From sequence record SRR20825019_2886: DNA of 33,307 nt. One strand, 5' to 3'. Made by a program: the position numbers and the translations under genes. The notes below the pieces were generated by a model. The model saw only the letters and a program-made list of their open reading frames with translations. It had not been told where the DNA came from and searched no databases. Within the stretch, counting starts at the first letter, position 1. The number at the start of each line of letters is the position of its first letter. This document shows, in pieces, positions 17,088 to 26,086 of this stretch.

Positions 17088-19004
17088 TTATTTGTTGGCA
17101 GCGTTCGACTGTCGAATTTCAATCACAGAATAAAAGAAAACAAGTCCGTAACCAATAGCGAGCATTAAATGGAAAGGAACCATTCCTAAATCACCATAAA
17201 TAGCCCGATTGACCGTCGTGTATGCAAAAAGGAAGAAAAGCACTCCTTCACCGATATTTAGAATCGAAAGGCGTTTTTTATCATACTTATTATTTCCTTT
17301 GAAATCACTCTTCTTGCTAACATTGAACTTTGGCGTTCTAACAAAAGAGCTCTTAATTCCGAGGTAACCTTCTATTACCGCAACAGTGTTGTTTAATGCA
17401 AGTCCCATAGAAACGACCAAGAACTGGAAGAAACGAGCGACAAACTTAACGAACGATTTGAACGTGTTTGGCGTTTTATCTCTGAACGAATGCCAGTAAT
17501 AGAACATCAAGAAAACCGTACTGATTAAGAAAATGGCTCCGTATTGAAGTACATAATTCAAATCAGAGAAGCTGTCCTTAATATGTAAAATTGGAAGACT
17601 CAATATGGAGATCATCAAAATCACGATGAAAACAGATGAGTTGAATAAATGAGAAAGTCCATGAATTCTATCTGAAAAACGAACGTTCTTTGCAGTCAAT
17701 AATCGTTTCCACATTTTGATAAAGCATTCCGCTCCACCTTTCATCCAACGATGTTGTTGAGATTTCAATGCAGACATGGTAATAGGAAGTTCAGCAGGTG
17801 CAATTACATCTTCCAAATACTGGAATTTCCATCCTTTCATTTGAGCACGGTAACTTAAATCAAGATCTTCGGTTAAGGTATCATGTTCCCAACCTCCGGC
17901 ATCTTCAATACACGTTTTACGCCATAATCCGCCAGTTCCATTGAAGTTGATATAGTGACCTGAAGCATTTCTTCCACCTTGTTCAATCGCAAAGTGACCA
18001 TTCAAACCAAATGCTTGAAGTTCTGTAAGCAATGAATAATCTTTATTAATGTGTCCCCAACGTGTTTGAACGACACCAATTTTTTCATTCTCAAAGTAAG
18101 GAACCGTTTTTTGTAACCAATCGCTATCTGGAATAAAATCTGCGTCAAAAATCGCGATAAATTCTCCTTCCACTTGATCCATTGCTGAATCTAATGCACC
18201 AGCTTTGTATCCCGTTCTGTCAACTCTGTGAATGTGCTGAATATTGATCCCTGTAGCAGCGACTTCTGCGACTTTGGCAGCAATCAGATCTTTGGTTTCA
18301 TCCGTAGAATCATCCAACACTTGAATTTGAAATTTATCTCTTGGGTACTCAAATTTTGCAATGGTTTCGATAATCCGATCCGCTACATAAAGTTCGTTGT
18401 ACATCGGAAGTTGAACCGTAACCTTAGGTGCTTTTTCAGGATCGAAGATCGGTTTAACATCTGGCGTGATTTTCTTTTTGCGTCTATTCTTTACGTAAGC
18501 AATCGCCAACGAAAGTTGTAAAATACTGTAGAACAATACAAGTAGAAGACAAGTAAAGTAGATAAACATGATCCCTTTACTCACAAAATGTGACCAATAA
18601 TGTTCTTGTTCACCACGATCTCCCCAGTTCCACATCCAAGAAACTTTTCTACCGATAGCAAAATCTAAATTCGGAATGTGTGTTGTTGTTACTTCGAAAT
18701 TAAACTTCTTTTCATTGAAGTCTTTGTCCATCACCTCAAGAGAATACTTTCCAACAGGTAGTTCATTAAATTCAAACTTTCCATCCGAATTAGTAGTTGC
18801 CTGGTAGGTAACGTTTGTTTCTGAATGTTTTATCTGGACATCAACTTTCTCGATAGAACGTGAAGTCTTTTGATCGGTAATAGTACCGCCAAATGTTTGA
18901 GATTGAGCCCATAGCAAGCTTGGAGCAAAAAATATTAGAGCAAAAAGGAATGTCTTGAACATCATCAAAGGTTGATTGTGCGTTGGTTTTATTGCCTCAG
19001 TCAT
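17088..19004 (-). CDS. Cellulose-synthase-like GT2 (CslA/CslC-like) with N-terminal carboxypeptidase-regulatory-like domain
   Basis: QLPMYNE, QVLDDSTD, GYKAGAL, IFDADF, VQTRW, TEDLDL, QQHRW, FVRTPK; N-terminal GTITDQKT...TTNSDGKFEFNELPVGKYSL; TAATG overlap with upstream gene at 19004. Confidence 0.88.
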   Translation of the reverse strand: MTEAIKPTHNQPLMMFKTFLFALIFFAPSLLWAQSQTFGGTITDQKTSRSIEKVDVQIKHSETNVTYQATTNSDGKFEFNELPVGKYSLEVMDKDFNEKKFNFEVTTTHIPNLDFAIGRKVSWMWNWGDRGEQEHYWSHFVSKGIMFIYFTCLLLVLFYSILQLSLAIAYVKNRRKKKITPDVKPIFDPEKAPKVTVQLPMYNELYVADRIIETIAKFEYPRDKFQIQVLDDSTDETKDLIAAKVAEVAATGINIQHIHRVDRTGYKAGALDSAMDQVEGEFIAIFDADFIPDSDWLQKTVPYFENEKIGVVQTRWGHINKDYSLLTELQAFGLNGHFAIEQGGRNASGHYINFNGTGGLWRKTCIEDAGGWEHDTLTEDLDLSYRAQMKGWKFQYLEDVIAPAELPITMSALKSQQHRWMKGGAECFIKMWKRLLTAKNVRFSDRIHGLSHLFNSSVFIVILMISILSLPILHIKDSFSDLNYVLQYGAIFLISTVFLMFYYWHSFRDKTPNTFKSFVKFVARFFQFLVVSMGLALNNTVAVIEGYLGIKSSFVRTPKFNVSKKSDFKGNNKYDKKRLSILNIGEGVLFFLFAYTTVNRAIYGDLGMVPFHLMLAIGYGLVFFYSVIEIRQSNAANK

Positions 19005-19693
19005 TAAAATCGGTACTTAAAAACAGCAAAGATAATTTTTATTCCCGCAAGTACAGTACCTTTTACGGTTCCACTTACTTTTGAAACGCCAATTCTTTTT
19101 TTGTAATTAACAGGAACCTCGCAAAACTTCATTTTTTGCTTGGAAGCTTTGATTTGCATTTCGATTGTCCAGCCATAAGTTTTATCAGACATTTTTAACT
19201 TTTCTAGCGCTACTGCAGTGATTGCTCTAAATGGGCCTAGGTCTGAAAAACGTGCGCGATAGAAAATTCGAATTAGCTTCGTTGCTAACCAATTCCCAAA
19301 GATTTGCTGAGGTGTTAATGATCCTTTTTCTCGCTTTCCAAGTACGCGCGATCCAATCACCATGTCCATGTTTTCTTCTAAAATTGGACGAATCACGTCA
19401 GGGATTTCTTGTGGATAATCGGAGTAATCACCATCTAAAAAAACGATCAACTCTGTAGAAAGTGTCTTGCTGTGCTCAATTCCTTTTAAACAAGCCCAGC
19501 CGTACCCTTTTCGAGTTTCATCAATTACGATAGCTCCCGCATTTCGAGCTACACTTACAGTATTGTCATTTGAGTTATTATTGACAACTATAACAAAGTC
19601 AACAATGTCTCTTGGAATATCTTCGACTACTTTTCCGATTGATTTCTCCTCGTTATATGCAGGAATAATAACCGTAATAATTGGTTTTTTCAT
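19004..19693 (-). CDS. Glycosyltransferase family 2, DPM1-like
   Basis: [53 protein letters not shown]. Confidence 0.9.
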   Translation of the reverse strand: MKKPIITVIIPAYNEEKSIGKVVEDIPRDIVDFVIVVNNNSNDNTVSVARNAGAIVIDETRKGYGWACLKGIEHSKTLSTELIVFLDGDYSDYPQEIPDVIRPILEENMDMVIGSRVLGKREKGSLTPQQIFGNWLATKLIRIFYRARFSDLGPFRAITAVALEKLKMSDKTYGWTIEMQIKASKQKMKFCEVPVNYKKRIGVSKVSGTVKGTVLAGIKIIFAVFKYRF

Positions 19694-19710
19694 GAACTAA
19701 ATTCAATCCT

Positions 19711-21519
19711 TTAGAGGTTCAAAGTTACTCCATCCTTAGTAATGACCAACGGGTTCGAGTCAAATCTACCTTCTTCTGGGCCATTTTCTAATTTTAGTAC
19801 GCCACGTGGGCAAACTGCAGAACAAACACCGCATCCTACACAACTCGCTCGTACGATGTTTTCACCTTTTTGGGCATAAGCACGAACATCAATTCCTTGC
19901 TCACAATAAGTGGAACAGTTTCCGCATGAAATACATTGCGCACCATTTGTCGTGATTCTAAAACGTGATTTAAAACGTTGAATGATTCCCATGTATCCAG
20001 CCATTGGACATCCAAAACGACACCAAACGCGATTTCCAAGAATAGGATAGAAGCCCACGCCAATTACACCTGCGAAAGCCGCACCGACAAAAAATCCGTA
20101 GACTTTTTTAATACTCTTACTTTTAAGAATGAATACTTCTTCCGCACCAGAGTAATTCGCGTAAAAGGTGAGTCCAGCTACAATTACCAGAGCGAGTGCT
20201 CCAATGGCTAACCAACTATTTTTACGTTTGCGGTATAAGAAAACAAGTCCAACTGCTGAGAGAAGAGAAAGAATTACGACCGCCCAAGAGAAACTTGCGC
20301 TAGTTATGGTTAAAAAGGAAATAACGTATTCTTTTCCTGAAAAATAGGGCCATAATGCACCAATAGACATCAATAGAACGAAGATCATCACAGAATGGAT
20401 CACCCAACGTTCTATTTTCCAAGCAGACATTTTTTTAGAAGAGAGCTGACGGAATCCATCACCTGCTGTTTCAGCAAGTCCGCCACAACCACAAACCCAT
20501 GAGCAATACCATCGCTTCCCAACAATATAAGTGAGAAATGGAGTAACGATTAAAAAGAGAATAATTCCCCAAAAGAAAAAGAACGTACCTGAAACACCTT
20601 CGTTTTTCATGGCGTCCATTTGATAGCTTTCAACAAAACCGTAGTTCAGTGGCCATACATTCTTCAAATCTTTCTGAAAGTAACCTTGATAATCGTTGAA
20701 TGCTTCGAGAATATGTGGAATTGCATACGCAAACACAACTTGGAAAAAGATCACAGAAATCGTCCGAATAAGTTGATAGCGATTATGTCTGTATTTGTAA
20801 ATAAATTTTATTCCTAAAAAGAAGATTAAAAAAGTATAAAGCGTTCCATAAACAAACCATTGTCCAGCTTTTGCTCCAGTGATGAGGTAAGCCAGCGGGT
20901 CAAATAAGCGAATCATTCCCTCAAGCGATTCCTCAAACCAGTACAGTTGAATGTAAAATAAGGTGAGCACGACTCCTGAGATCCAGCCCAAAACGCCTCT
21001 TCCTGTGAGTGAGTTGAAGTAGACATGATTGTTCTTAATTCCTGCGGTGTGCTTAGCGTATGTCGCGTAAGTGTAAAGTAAAATCCCTGCTGCCATTCCC
21101 AACATTGAAAGCCATAGGTAAAGCGTATGATTCGAGTTAATGAATCCAAACCACGCCAACACAATCACAGAGAATCCTAACATTCCGATAAAGAGAGCAA
21201 GCATTTGAAGCTTACTCATCGATTTCCCATAAAAGGATCGAATGGAAAGGTGATGATATTCGTAGGTAAAAATGAATGAACCGATAATCATTGAGCTAAA
21301 TGAGCCCAGAATGAACCACTCAAAAAGCGTCCAGTTGAGAGTGAAAAGTCCAAAAAATGAGAACTCGCTTACTTCCTTTATGAGTTTTGGTTCGTAAATC
21401 GTAAGTCTACTTAGCTCTATTAGTCCAAGGACACCAATAATGAAGAGAAAAACCCCAACTTTTTTAAAAATGGAAAGAGATTGTGCCTCTTTTCCGACAA
21501 GTGAATAATTAGTTTCCAT
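19711..21519 (-). CDS. Polytopic membrane 4Fe-4S protein (NapH/MauN/CcoG-like)
   Basis: GKRWYCSWVCGC, GNRVWCRFGCP, CISCGNCSTYCE, CVGCGVCSAVCP; many TM helices. Confidence 0.85.
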   Translation of the reverse strand: METNYSLVGKEAQSLSIFKKVGVFLFIIGVLGLIELSRLTIYEPKLIKEVSEFSFFGLFTLNWTLFEWFILGSFSSMIIGSFIFTYEYHHLSIRSFYGKSMSKLQMLALFIGMLGFSVIVLAWFGFINSNHTLYLWLSMLGMAAGILLYTYATYAKHTAGIKNNHVYFNSLTGRGVLGWISGVVLTLFYIQLYWFEESLEGMIRLFDPLAYLITGAKAGQWFVYGTLYTFLIFFLGIKFIYKYRHNRYQLIRTISVIFFQVVFAYAIPHILEAFNDYQGYFQKDLKNVWPLNYGFVESYQMDAMKNEGVSGTFFFFWGIILFLIVTPFLTYIVGKRWYCSWVCGCGGLAETAGDGFRQLSSKKMSAWKIERWVIHSVMIFVLLMSIGALWPYFSGKEYVISFLTITSASFSWAVVILSLLSAVGLVFLYRKRKNSWLAIGALALVIVAGLTFYANYSGAEEVFILKSKSIKKVYGFFVGAAFAGVIGVGFYPILGNRVWCRFGCPMAGYMGIIQRFKSRFRITTNGAQCISCGNCSTYCEQGIDVRAYAQKGENIVRASCVGCGVCSAVCPRGVLKLENGPEEGRFDSNPLVITKDGVTLNL

Positions 21520-21525
21520 AAGGTG

Positions 21526-22854
21526 TTATGCTGGGATTAGTTTTTGCCACCATTTAGGCGGATTTAATTTGAGTTGAGTGCCAAATTTTAGGTTGAATTG
21601 GTCGATTACCTCTTGCTCGTATCTTTTGTAAAACTCTGGATCAAAGTTGGCAGATTTTAAGTTCATGAGAACCTCATCAATAGTTGCTTCTTGATTCAAC
21701 CAATTATTGAAAAGCGGATGTCGCAATCGAATTCCAAAATTGTTAATTCCAACAAATTTTCTACTTTCTTTCTCGAAGACAAAATGCAATAGAACCTCAT
21801 CCGTCGCGTGTTGATAAACGAATTCTTCTTGTCCATCTTGCAGCGAATTAAGCACCATTCCGTAGGTCTGGTATTCAATTTCAAAGAATTTTGCAGAGTT
21901 GAACCAATGTCCAGGATTGTATTCTCTTCGCGTGCCTGTGAGCGTATGTGCTACCGTTTCACCCATAAATTTCCCTGTGTACCACACTTGTTCTATTGGG
22001 CGACGATTTTCCAACGGTTCTCTAAATTCGGCACAGTCACCAATGGCATAAACATCCTTTACTGAAGTCTCCAAGAATCGATTCACCAAGATTCCACGAT
22101 TTGTTTCAATAGTGCTTGATTTAACAAAATCAATGTTCGGAGAAACTCCCGCTGTTAAACCAACAAATTGACAATTTAAGCTTACTCCATTTTTAGTGAC
22201 AATTTTGGAAACACGTCCATCAGCGTCTGGGACAATTTCATCGAGTTCATCGCCGTAATGCATCGTTAAACCGTGGTGCTTATCAAAGTGACGCATGATT
22301 AATTCAGCGTCTTGTTTTGGAAGCACGCCACTCCAAAAGTGTGATTCTCGAACCAAGAAATCGACTTTAATATTACGGGTGAGAAGCATCTCTGCCATTT
22401 CAATTCCGATTAATCCACCACCAACAATCACAGCGCTGTCAATTCCTTTGGTGTTTTCTTCCATGCTTTCTAAATCTTGCTTGGAATAAAGTCCTTGAAC
22501 ACCAATAGAATCTTGACCTTTCCAACCAAATTTGTTCGGTTTTGAGCCTGTTGCCAAAATGAGCTTTGAATAGGAAATTGAGCTTCCGTCTTTCGTAAGA
22601 AGCTGCTTTTCATCGGTATCTATTTTCTCTATGTGTGCTTGTCGTAATTCAATGCGATTCTTTTCCCAGAAATATGGTTCGTACGGTTGCGTATGTTCGA
22701 ATTTCATGTGTCCCATGTACACGTACATAAGCGCAGTTCGAGAGAAAAAATAGGTCGATTCTGAAGAAATAATCATAATCCGTTCATCGCTATTCTTTCG
22801 AATATATCGAGCGGCGGTAACTCCAGAGATTCCATTGCCAATGATTACAATCAT
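21526..22854 (-). CDS. NAD(P)/FAD-dependent oxidoreductase (ferredoxin/rubredoxin-reductase-like)
   Basis: IIGNGISG, LILATGS, IVGGGLIGIE, VYAIGDCA; no SFxxC redox cysteine. Confidence 0.88.
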   Translation of the reverse strand: MIVIIGNGISGVTAARYIRKNSDERIMIISSESTYFFSRTALMYVYMGHMKFEHTQPYEPYFWEKNRIELRQAHIEKIDTDEKQLLTKDGSSISYSKLILATGSKPNKFGWKGQDSIGVQGLYSKQDLESMEENTKGIDSAVIVGGGLIGIEMAEMLLTRNIKVDFLVRESHFWSGVLPKQDAELIMRHFDKHHGLTMHYGDELDEIVPDADGRVSKIVTKNGVSLNCQFVGLTAGVSPNIDFVKSSTIETNRGILVNRFLETSVKDVYAIGDCAEFREPLENRRPIEQVWYTGKFMGETVAHTLTGTRREYNPGHWFNSAKFFEIEYQTYGMVLNSLQDGQEEFVYQHATDEVLLHFVFEKESRKFVGINNFGIRLRHPLFNNWLNQEATIDEVLMNLKSANFDPEFYKRYEQEVIDQFNLKFGTQLKLNPPKWWQKLIPA

Positions 22855-22937
22855 AGATTTTTTTAAACAATATAAGGCTTTTGACGGAAAAGGAATCGAT
22901 GCATTACAAGAAGCACCAAATGTGCGTGTGTCAAAAG

Positions 22938-22945
22938 CAAATGTA
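22938..22945 (-). promoter_or_regulatory. -7 element for the redox/glycosyltransferase operon
   Basis: TACATTTG(C) on the minus strand, ~84 nt upstream of ATG 22854. Confidence 0.55.
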
Positions 22946-23035
22946 TCTTAGAGTGTGAATGAGACGAAATAGAGATTCGAGAGTGAAGCGGAATACCCTG
23001 ATATATGCTAAAAACCTGTAATTTCGGAGTGAAAT

Positions 23036-24244
23036 ATGAAAATAGCAATAATTGGAGGTGGAGCAGCGGGCTTTTTTGCTGCTATAGCGGCGAAAGAGAA
23101 TTTTCCGAATGCGGAGGTGATCATTTTTGAAAAATCAACGAAGGTTTTGTCAAAGGTCAAAGTGTCAGGTGGCGGACGATGCAATGTGACAAACGGAGAG
23201 ACAAATATCAAAGTTCTTTCTCAGGCGTACCCACGAGGGGAGCAATTTCTGAGAAAGGCGTTCGGGACGTTTAATACGACTCACGTTGTAGAATGGTTTG
23301 AGTCGCGGAATGTTCCGTTGATCACCCAAGAAGACAATTGTGTTTTTCCTGTTTCTCAAAATTCTCAAAGTATCATTGATTGCTTTTTCCAAGAGGTGAA
23401 GCGACTAGGAATTCAGCTTCGAATGGGAGAAGGTGTGGTCTCGTTGTCTTCTGAAGAGCATGGAATCACGCTTAAAATGACGAATGAATCTCTTTTTTTC
23501 GATAAAGTGATCGTCGCTACGGGTGGTTCTCCGAAACTTAAAGGGTTAGGTTGGTTAGCGGAATTAGGACACACAATCGTTGATCCTGTCCCGTCTTTGT
23601 TCACGTTTAATATGCCGAATGAATCAATCACCGAATTGATGGGAATTGTGGTCAAAGATGCATTGGTTAATGTACAAGGAACAAACTTGAAATCCGATGG
23701 GCCACTGTTGATTACACATTGGGGAATGAGTGGACCAGCAATCTTAAAACTTTCCGCATTTGGCGCACGATTGCTAAGTGAACGAGAGTATAATTGCGTT
23801 CTTCAAGTAAATTGGGCAGGTGAACAAAATAATGAAGTGGTAAAAGAGATTATCAATGAAATTATCGCTCAGAACCCGCAAAAACTGGTGTCGAATTATC
23901 GTCCGTTTGGATTGCAAGATCGTTTGTGGCAATATTTAATCAAAAAATGTGAATTCCCAGAAACGCACAGATGGTCAAACCTTGGAAATAAAGGAGTGAA
24001 CAAATTGGTGAACTGTTTAACGAATGACGCTTATCAAGTAAAAGGGAAGACGACTTTTAAGGAGGAATTTGTAACGTGTGGTGGAGTAAGTTTGGAAAAT
24101 ATCGATGTAAAAACCATGCAAAGTACGGTGTGTAAGCATCTGTATTTCTGCGGGGAGGTAATGGACATTGATGGAATTACGGGTGGATATAATTTTCAAG
24201 CGGCATGGACGACAGCTTTTATTGCGGGTAAATTGGGAGCATAG
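23036..24244 (+). CDS. HI0933/BaiN/YhiN-family flavoprotein
   Basis: IIGGGAAG, KVKVSGGGRCNVTN, VATGG, LITHWGMSGP, VTCGGV, GEVMDIDGITGGYNFQAA. Confidence 0.93.
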   Translation: MKIAIIGGGAAGFFAAIAAKENFPNAEVIIFEKSTKVLSKVKVSGGGRCNVTNGETNIKVLSQAYPRGEQFLRKAFGTFNTTHVVEWFESRNVPLITQEDNCVFPVSQNSQSIIDCFFQEVKRLGIQLRMGEGVVSLSSEEHGITLKMTNESLFFDKVIVATGGSPKLKGLGWLAELGHTIVDPVPSLFTFNMPNESITELMGIVVKDALVNVQGTNLKSDGPLLITHWGMSGPAILKLSAFGARLLSEREYNCVLQVNWAGEQNNEVVKEIINEIIAQNPQKLVSNYRPFGLQDRLWQYLIKKCEFPETHRWSNLGNKGVNKLVNCLTNDAYQVKGKTTFKEEFVTCGGVSLENIDVKTMQSTVCKHLYFCGEVMDIDGITGGYNFQAAWTTAFIAGKLGA

Positions 24245-24249
24245 ATTTT

Positions 24250-24286
24250 AAATTCGGTTATATACAAAATACACATAACCGAATTT
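24250..24286. terminator. Perfect 12-bp inverted repeat between convergent genes, probable terminator
   Basis: AAATTCGGTTAT-13 nt-ATAACCGAATTT. Confidence 0.65.
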
Positions 24287-24295
24287 GTAGAGTTA

Positions 24296-24859
24296 TTAGC
24301 TGGTTTTATCACAATAGTTATTCAAGTAGTAGTTTTTCGAGCTACACATCGTTCTATGATTATGGGAAATAAATTCATAGTTTTCTCGATCGCATTTGAA
24401 GTGGATGTTTAGTTCACCCGTATCAGTGTGGATGTCATTGTTAATTCTTGCGTCGCCACCTGCCGTGTTGTAGATGGCTTGAACAGCAGTGTTTGCCGCT
24501 ACAGCCCATGCAGTTCCTGCAGGACTTTCTGTGCATACGTCGATGGCATCTCCAATTGCGTCATCTATTTTTTTCATTACATCCTTCGCGAATGTTTGCC
24601 AGAATGTTGGTTTAGTAACTAGGTATTGGAGTGCTGGGTCGTGCATGTTTCTGAATGCCACTGCCCAATAATTCCCATGACTATCATCGTAGTCAACTGA
24701 AAATGAAAGGTTGAGTTCTTTTCCTTTTTCATATTGAGATAAAAATGATGTGGGTTTATTCTTGTAAACTCCATCTTCTTGCCAATGAATTACCGCAATT
24801 TCTGCAATCGGGTATTTCGCTTCGTTTATTACCGAAATCGTTGCTGTTTTTTTACTCAT
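24296..24859 (-). CDS. Orphan protein resembling the PUD-1/PUD-2 (up-regulated in daf-2) domain
   Basis: 187-aa ORF with A-rich leader; TATISVIN..PI..IAVIH....YKN, VDY, NYWAVAF pattern; Ala-rich central segment; no signal peptide. Family call is from memory. Confidence 0.55.
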   Translation of the reverse strand: MSKKTATISVINEAKYPIAEIAVIHWQEDGVYKNKPTSFLSQYEKGKELNLSFSVDYDDSHGNYWAVAFRNMHDPALQYLVTKPTFWQTFAKDVMKKIDDAIGDAIDVCTESPAGTAWAVAANTAVQAIYNTAGGDARINNDIHTDTGELNIHFKCDRENYEFISHNHRTMCSSKNYYLNNYCDKTS

Positions 24860-24968
24860 TTTGAGTGTTTTAAGTGTTTAGGTTTTCAGGAGAGGATACT
24901 TTCCTTCCTGTCGAATAATTAGATCATTCAGTTGTTCTAAATGTATATTTGATTCGCGACGTGGCGAT

Positions 24969-24984
24969 AGGTGTAATTACCCCT
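24969..24984. promoter_or_regulatory. Palindromic candidate transcription-factor site
   Basis: AGGTGTAA|TTACCCCT (7/8 symmetric) upstream of the orphan gene. Confidence 0.4.
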
Positions 24985-25016
24985 TTTATTAGATAGGGTA
25001 TAAAATATTCTTAAAC

Positions 25017-25048
25017 AAAAAAGTCGCCTAAATTTCTTTAGACGACTT
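25017..25048 (-). terminator. Intrinsic terminator of accA
   Basis: Minus strand AAGTCGTCTAAA-GAAA-TTTAGGCGACTT followed by TTTT, ~22 nt after the accA stop. Confidence 0.8.
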
Positions 25049-25070
25049 CAATAAGTTTGTTTAAGCTGAA

Positions 25071-26024
25071 CTATTTCCAGACTCCGCGTTTACAAAAAGC
25101 TTCGATTCGATCATCGATTCTTTTTTCTGGAGCGATTGGTTTTAATTCTTTAATTGTTTTCTTCAAGTATTTGCGTACAATTTCGAACGTCTCTTCGTGC
25201 TCGCGATGCGCACCACTCAATGGCTCTTTGATTACGTCATCAACAATTCCCAACTTTTTCATGTCCGTTGAAGTCAGCTTCAAAGCATCCGCTGCTACCT
25301 CTTTATATTCCCATGATCTCCATAGAATAGACGAGCAAGATTCTGGAGAAATAACCGAATACCATGTGTTTTCTAACATCACAACACGATCTCCAACGCC
25401 AATTCCGAGTGCTCCACCTGATGCTCCTTCACCAATAATCACACATATTACAGGAACTTTCAAGCGCATCATTTCATAAATATTTCGCGCAATAGCTTCA
25501 CCTTGTCCACGTTCTTCCGCCTCTAATCCTGGAAAAGCTCCCGGAGTATCAATAAAAGTAACGATCGGTTTGTTGAATTTCTCCGCTAAACGCATCAATC
25601 TCAATGCTTTTCGATAGCCTTCTGGATTTGGCATCCCGAAGTTTCTGAATTGGCGCATCTTGGTGTTCACTCCTTTTTGCTGTCCAATAAACATAACTGT
25701 TTCACCGTCGAGCAATCCGAAACCACCTACCATCGCTTTATCGTCTTTAACACTTCGATCTCCATGCAATTCTTGGAAATTTCCGTGCGTAATTGCATTA
25801 ATATATGCTAAAGTATAAGGACGATCTGGGTGACGAGAAAGCTGGACACGTTGCCATGGAGTCAACCCTCCAAATATTTCTTTGGTCTTCTTACTAAGCT
25901 TTTTCTCAAGCTCTTGAATCTTATCAGCCATATCAACAGAAGTACTCTCACCAATCTCTGTTGTTTGATTGATTTGCTCCTGAAGTTCTTTCAATGGTTC
26001 TTCAAAGTCTAAATACGTTGCCAT
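25071..26024 (-). CDS. accA: Acetyl-CoA carboxylase carboxyltransferase subunit alpha
   Basis: True start [10 protein letters not shown] (ATG 26024); [52 protein letters not shown]. Confidence 0.97.
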   Translation of the reverse strand: MATYLDFEEPLKELQEQINQTTEIGESTSVDMADKIQELEKKLSKKTKEIFGGLTPWQRVQLSRHPDRPYTLAYINAITHGNFQELHGDRSVKDDKAMVGGFGLLDGETVMFIGQQKGVNTKMRQFRNFGMPNPEGYRKALRLMRLAEKFNKPIVTFIDTPGAFPGLEAEERGQGEAIARNIYEMMRLKVPVICVIIGEGASGGALGIGVGDRVVMLENTWYSVISPESCSSILWRSWEYKEVAADALKLTSTDMKKLGIVDDVIKEPLSGAHREHEETFEIVRKYLKKTIKELKPIAPEKRIDDRIEAFCKRGVWK

Positions 26025-26074
26025 TTTTCTGTTAATTTTAAGGAGCGAAAGGTACAAAAATAGTTCGCTTCTTC

Positions 26075-26082
26075 TAACTTTG
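26075..26082 (+). promoter_or_regulatory. -7 element directly before the ispE start codon
   Basis: TAACTTTG-CACC-ATG. Confidence 0.55.
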
Positions 26083-26086
26083 CACC

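Noticed and set aside
17088-19004. Calling this gene bcsA (cellulose synthase)
   Set aside because: No PilZ domain and no bcsB/bcsC neighbours; the motifs fit the CslA/C-like GT2 group and the product is unknown.
22863-23048. 61-aa minus-strand ORF as a leader peptide for the redox/GT operon
   Set aside because: It overlaps the start of the divergent flavoprotein gene and spans the predicted promoter; no protein-like features.
24944-24951. Perfect TATATTTG box on the + strand pointing antisense to accA
   Set aside because: This short motif is expected by chance in AT-rich DNA, and there is no downstream ORF or other support.
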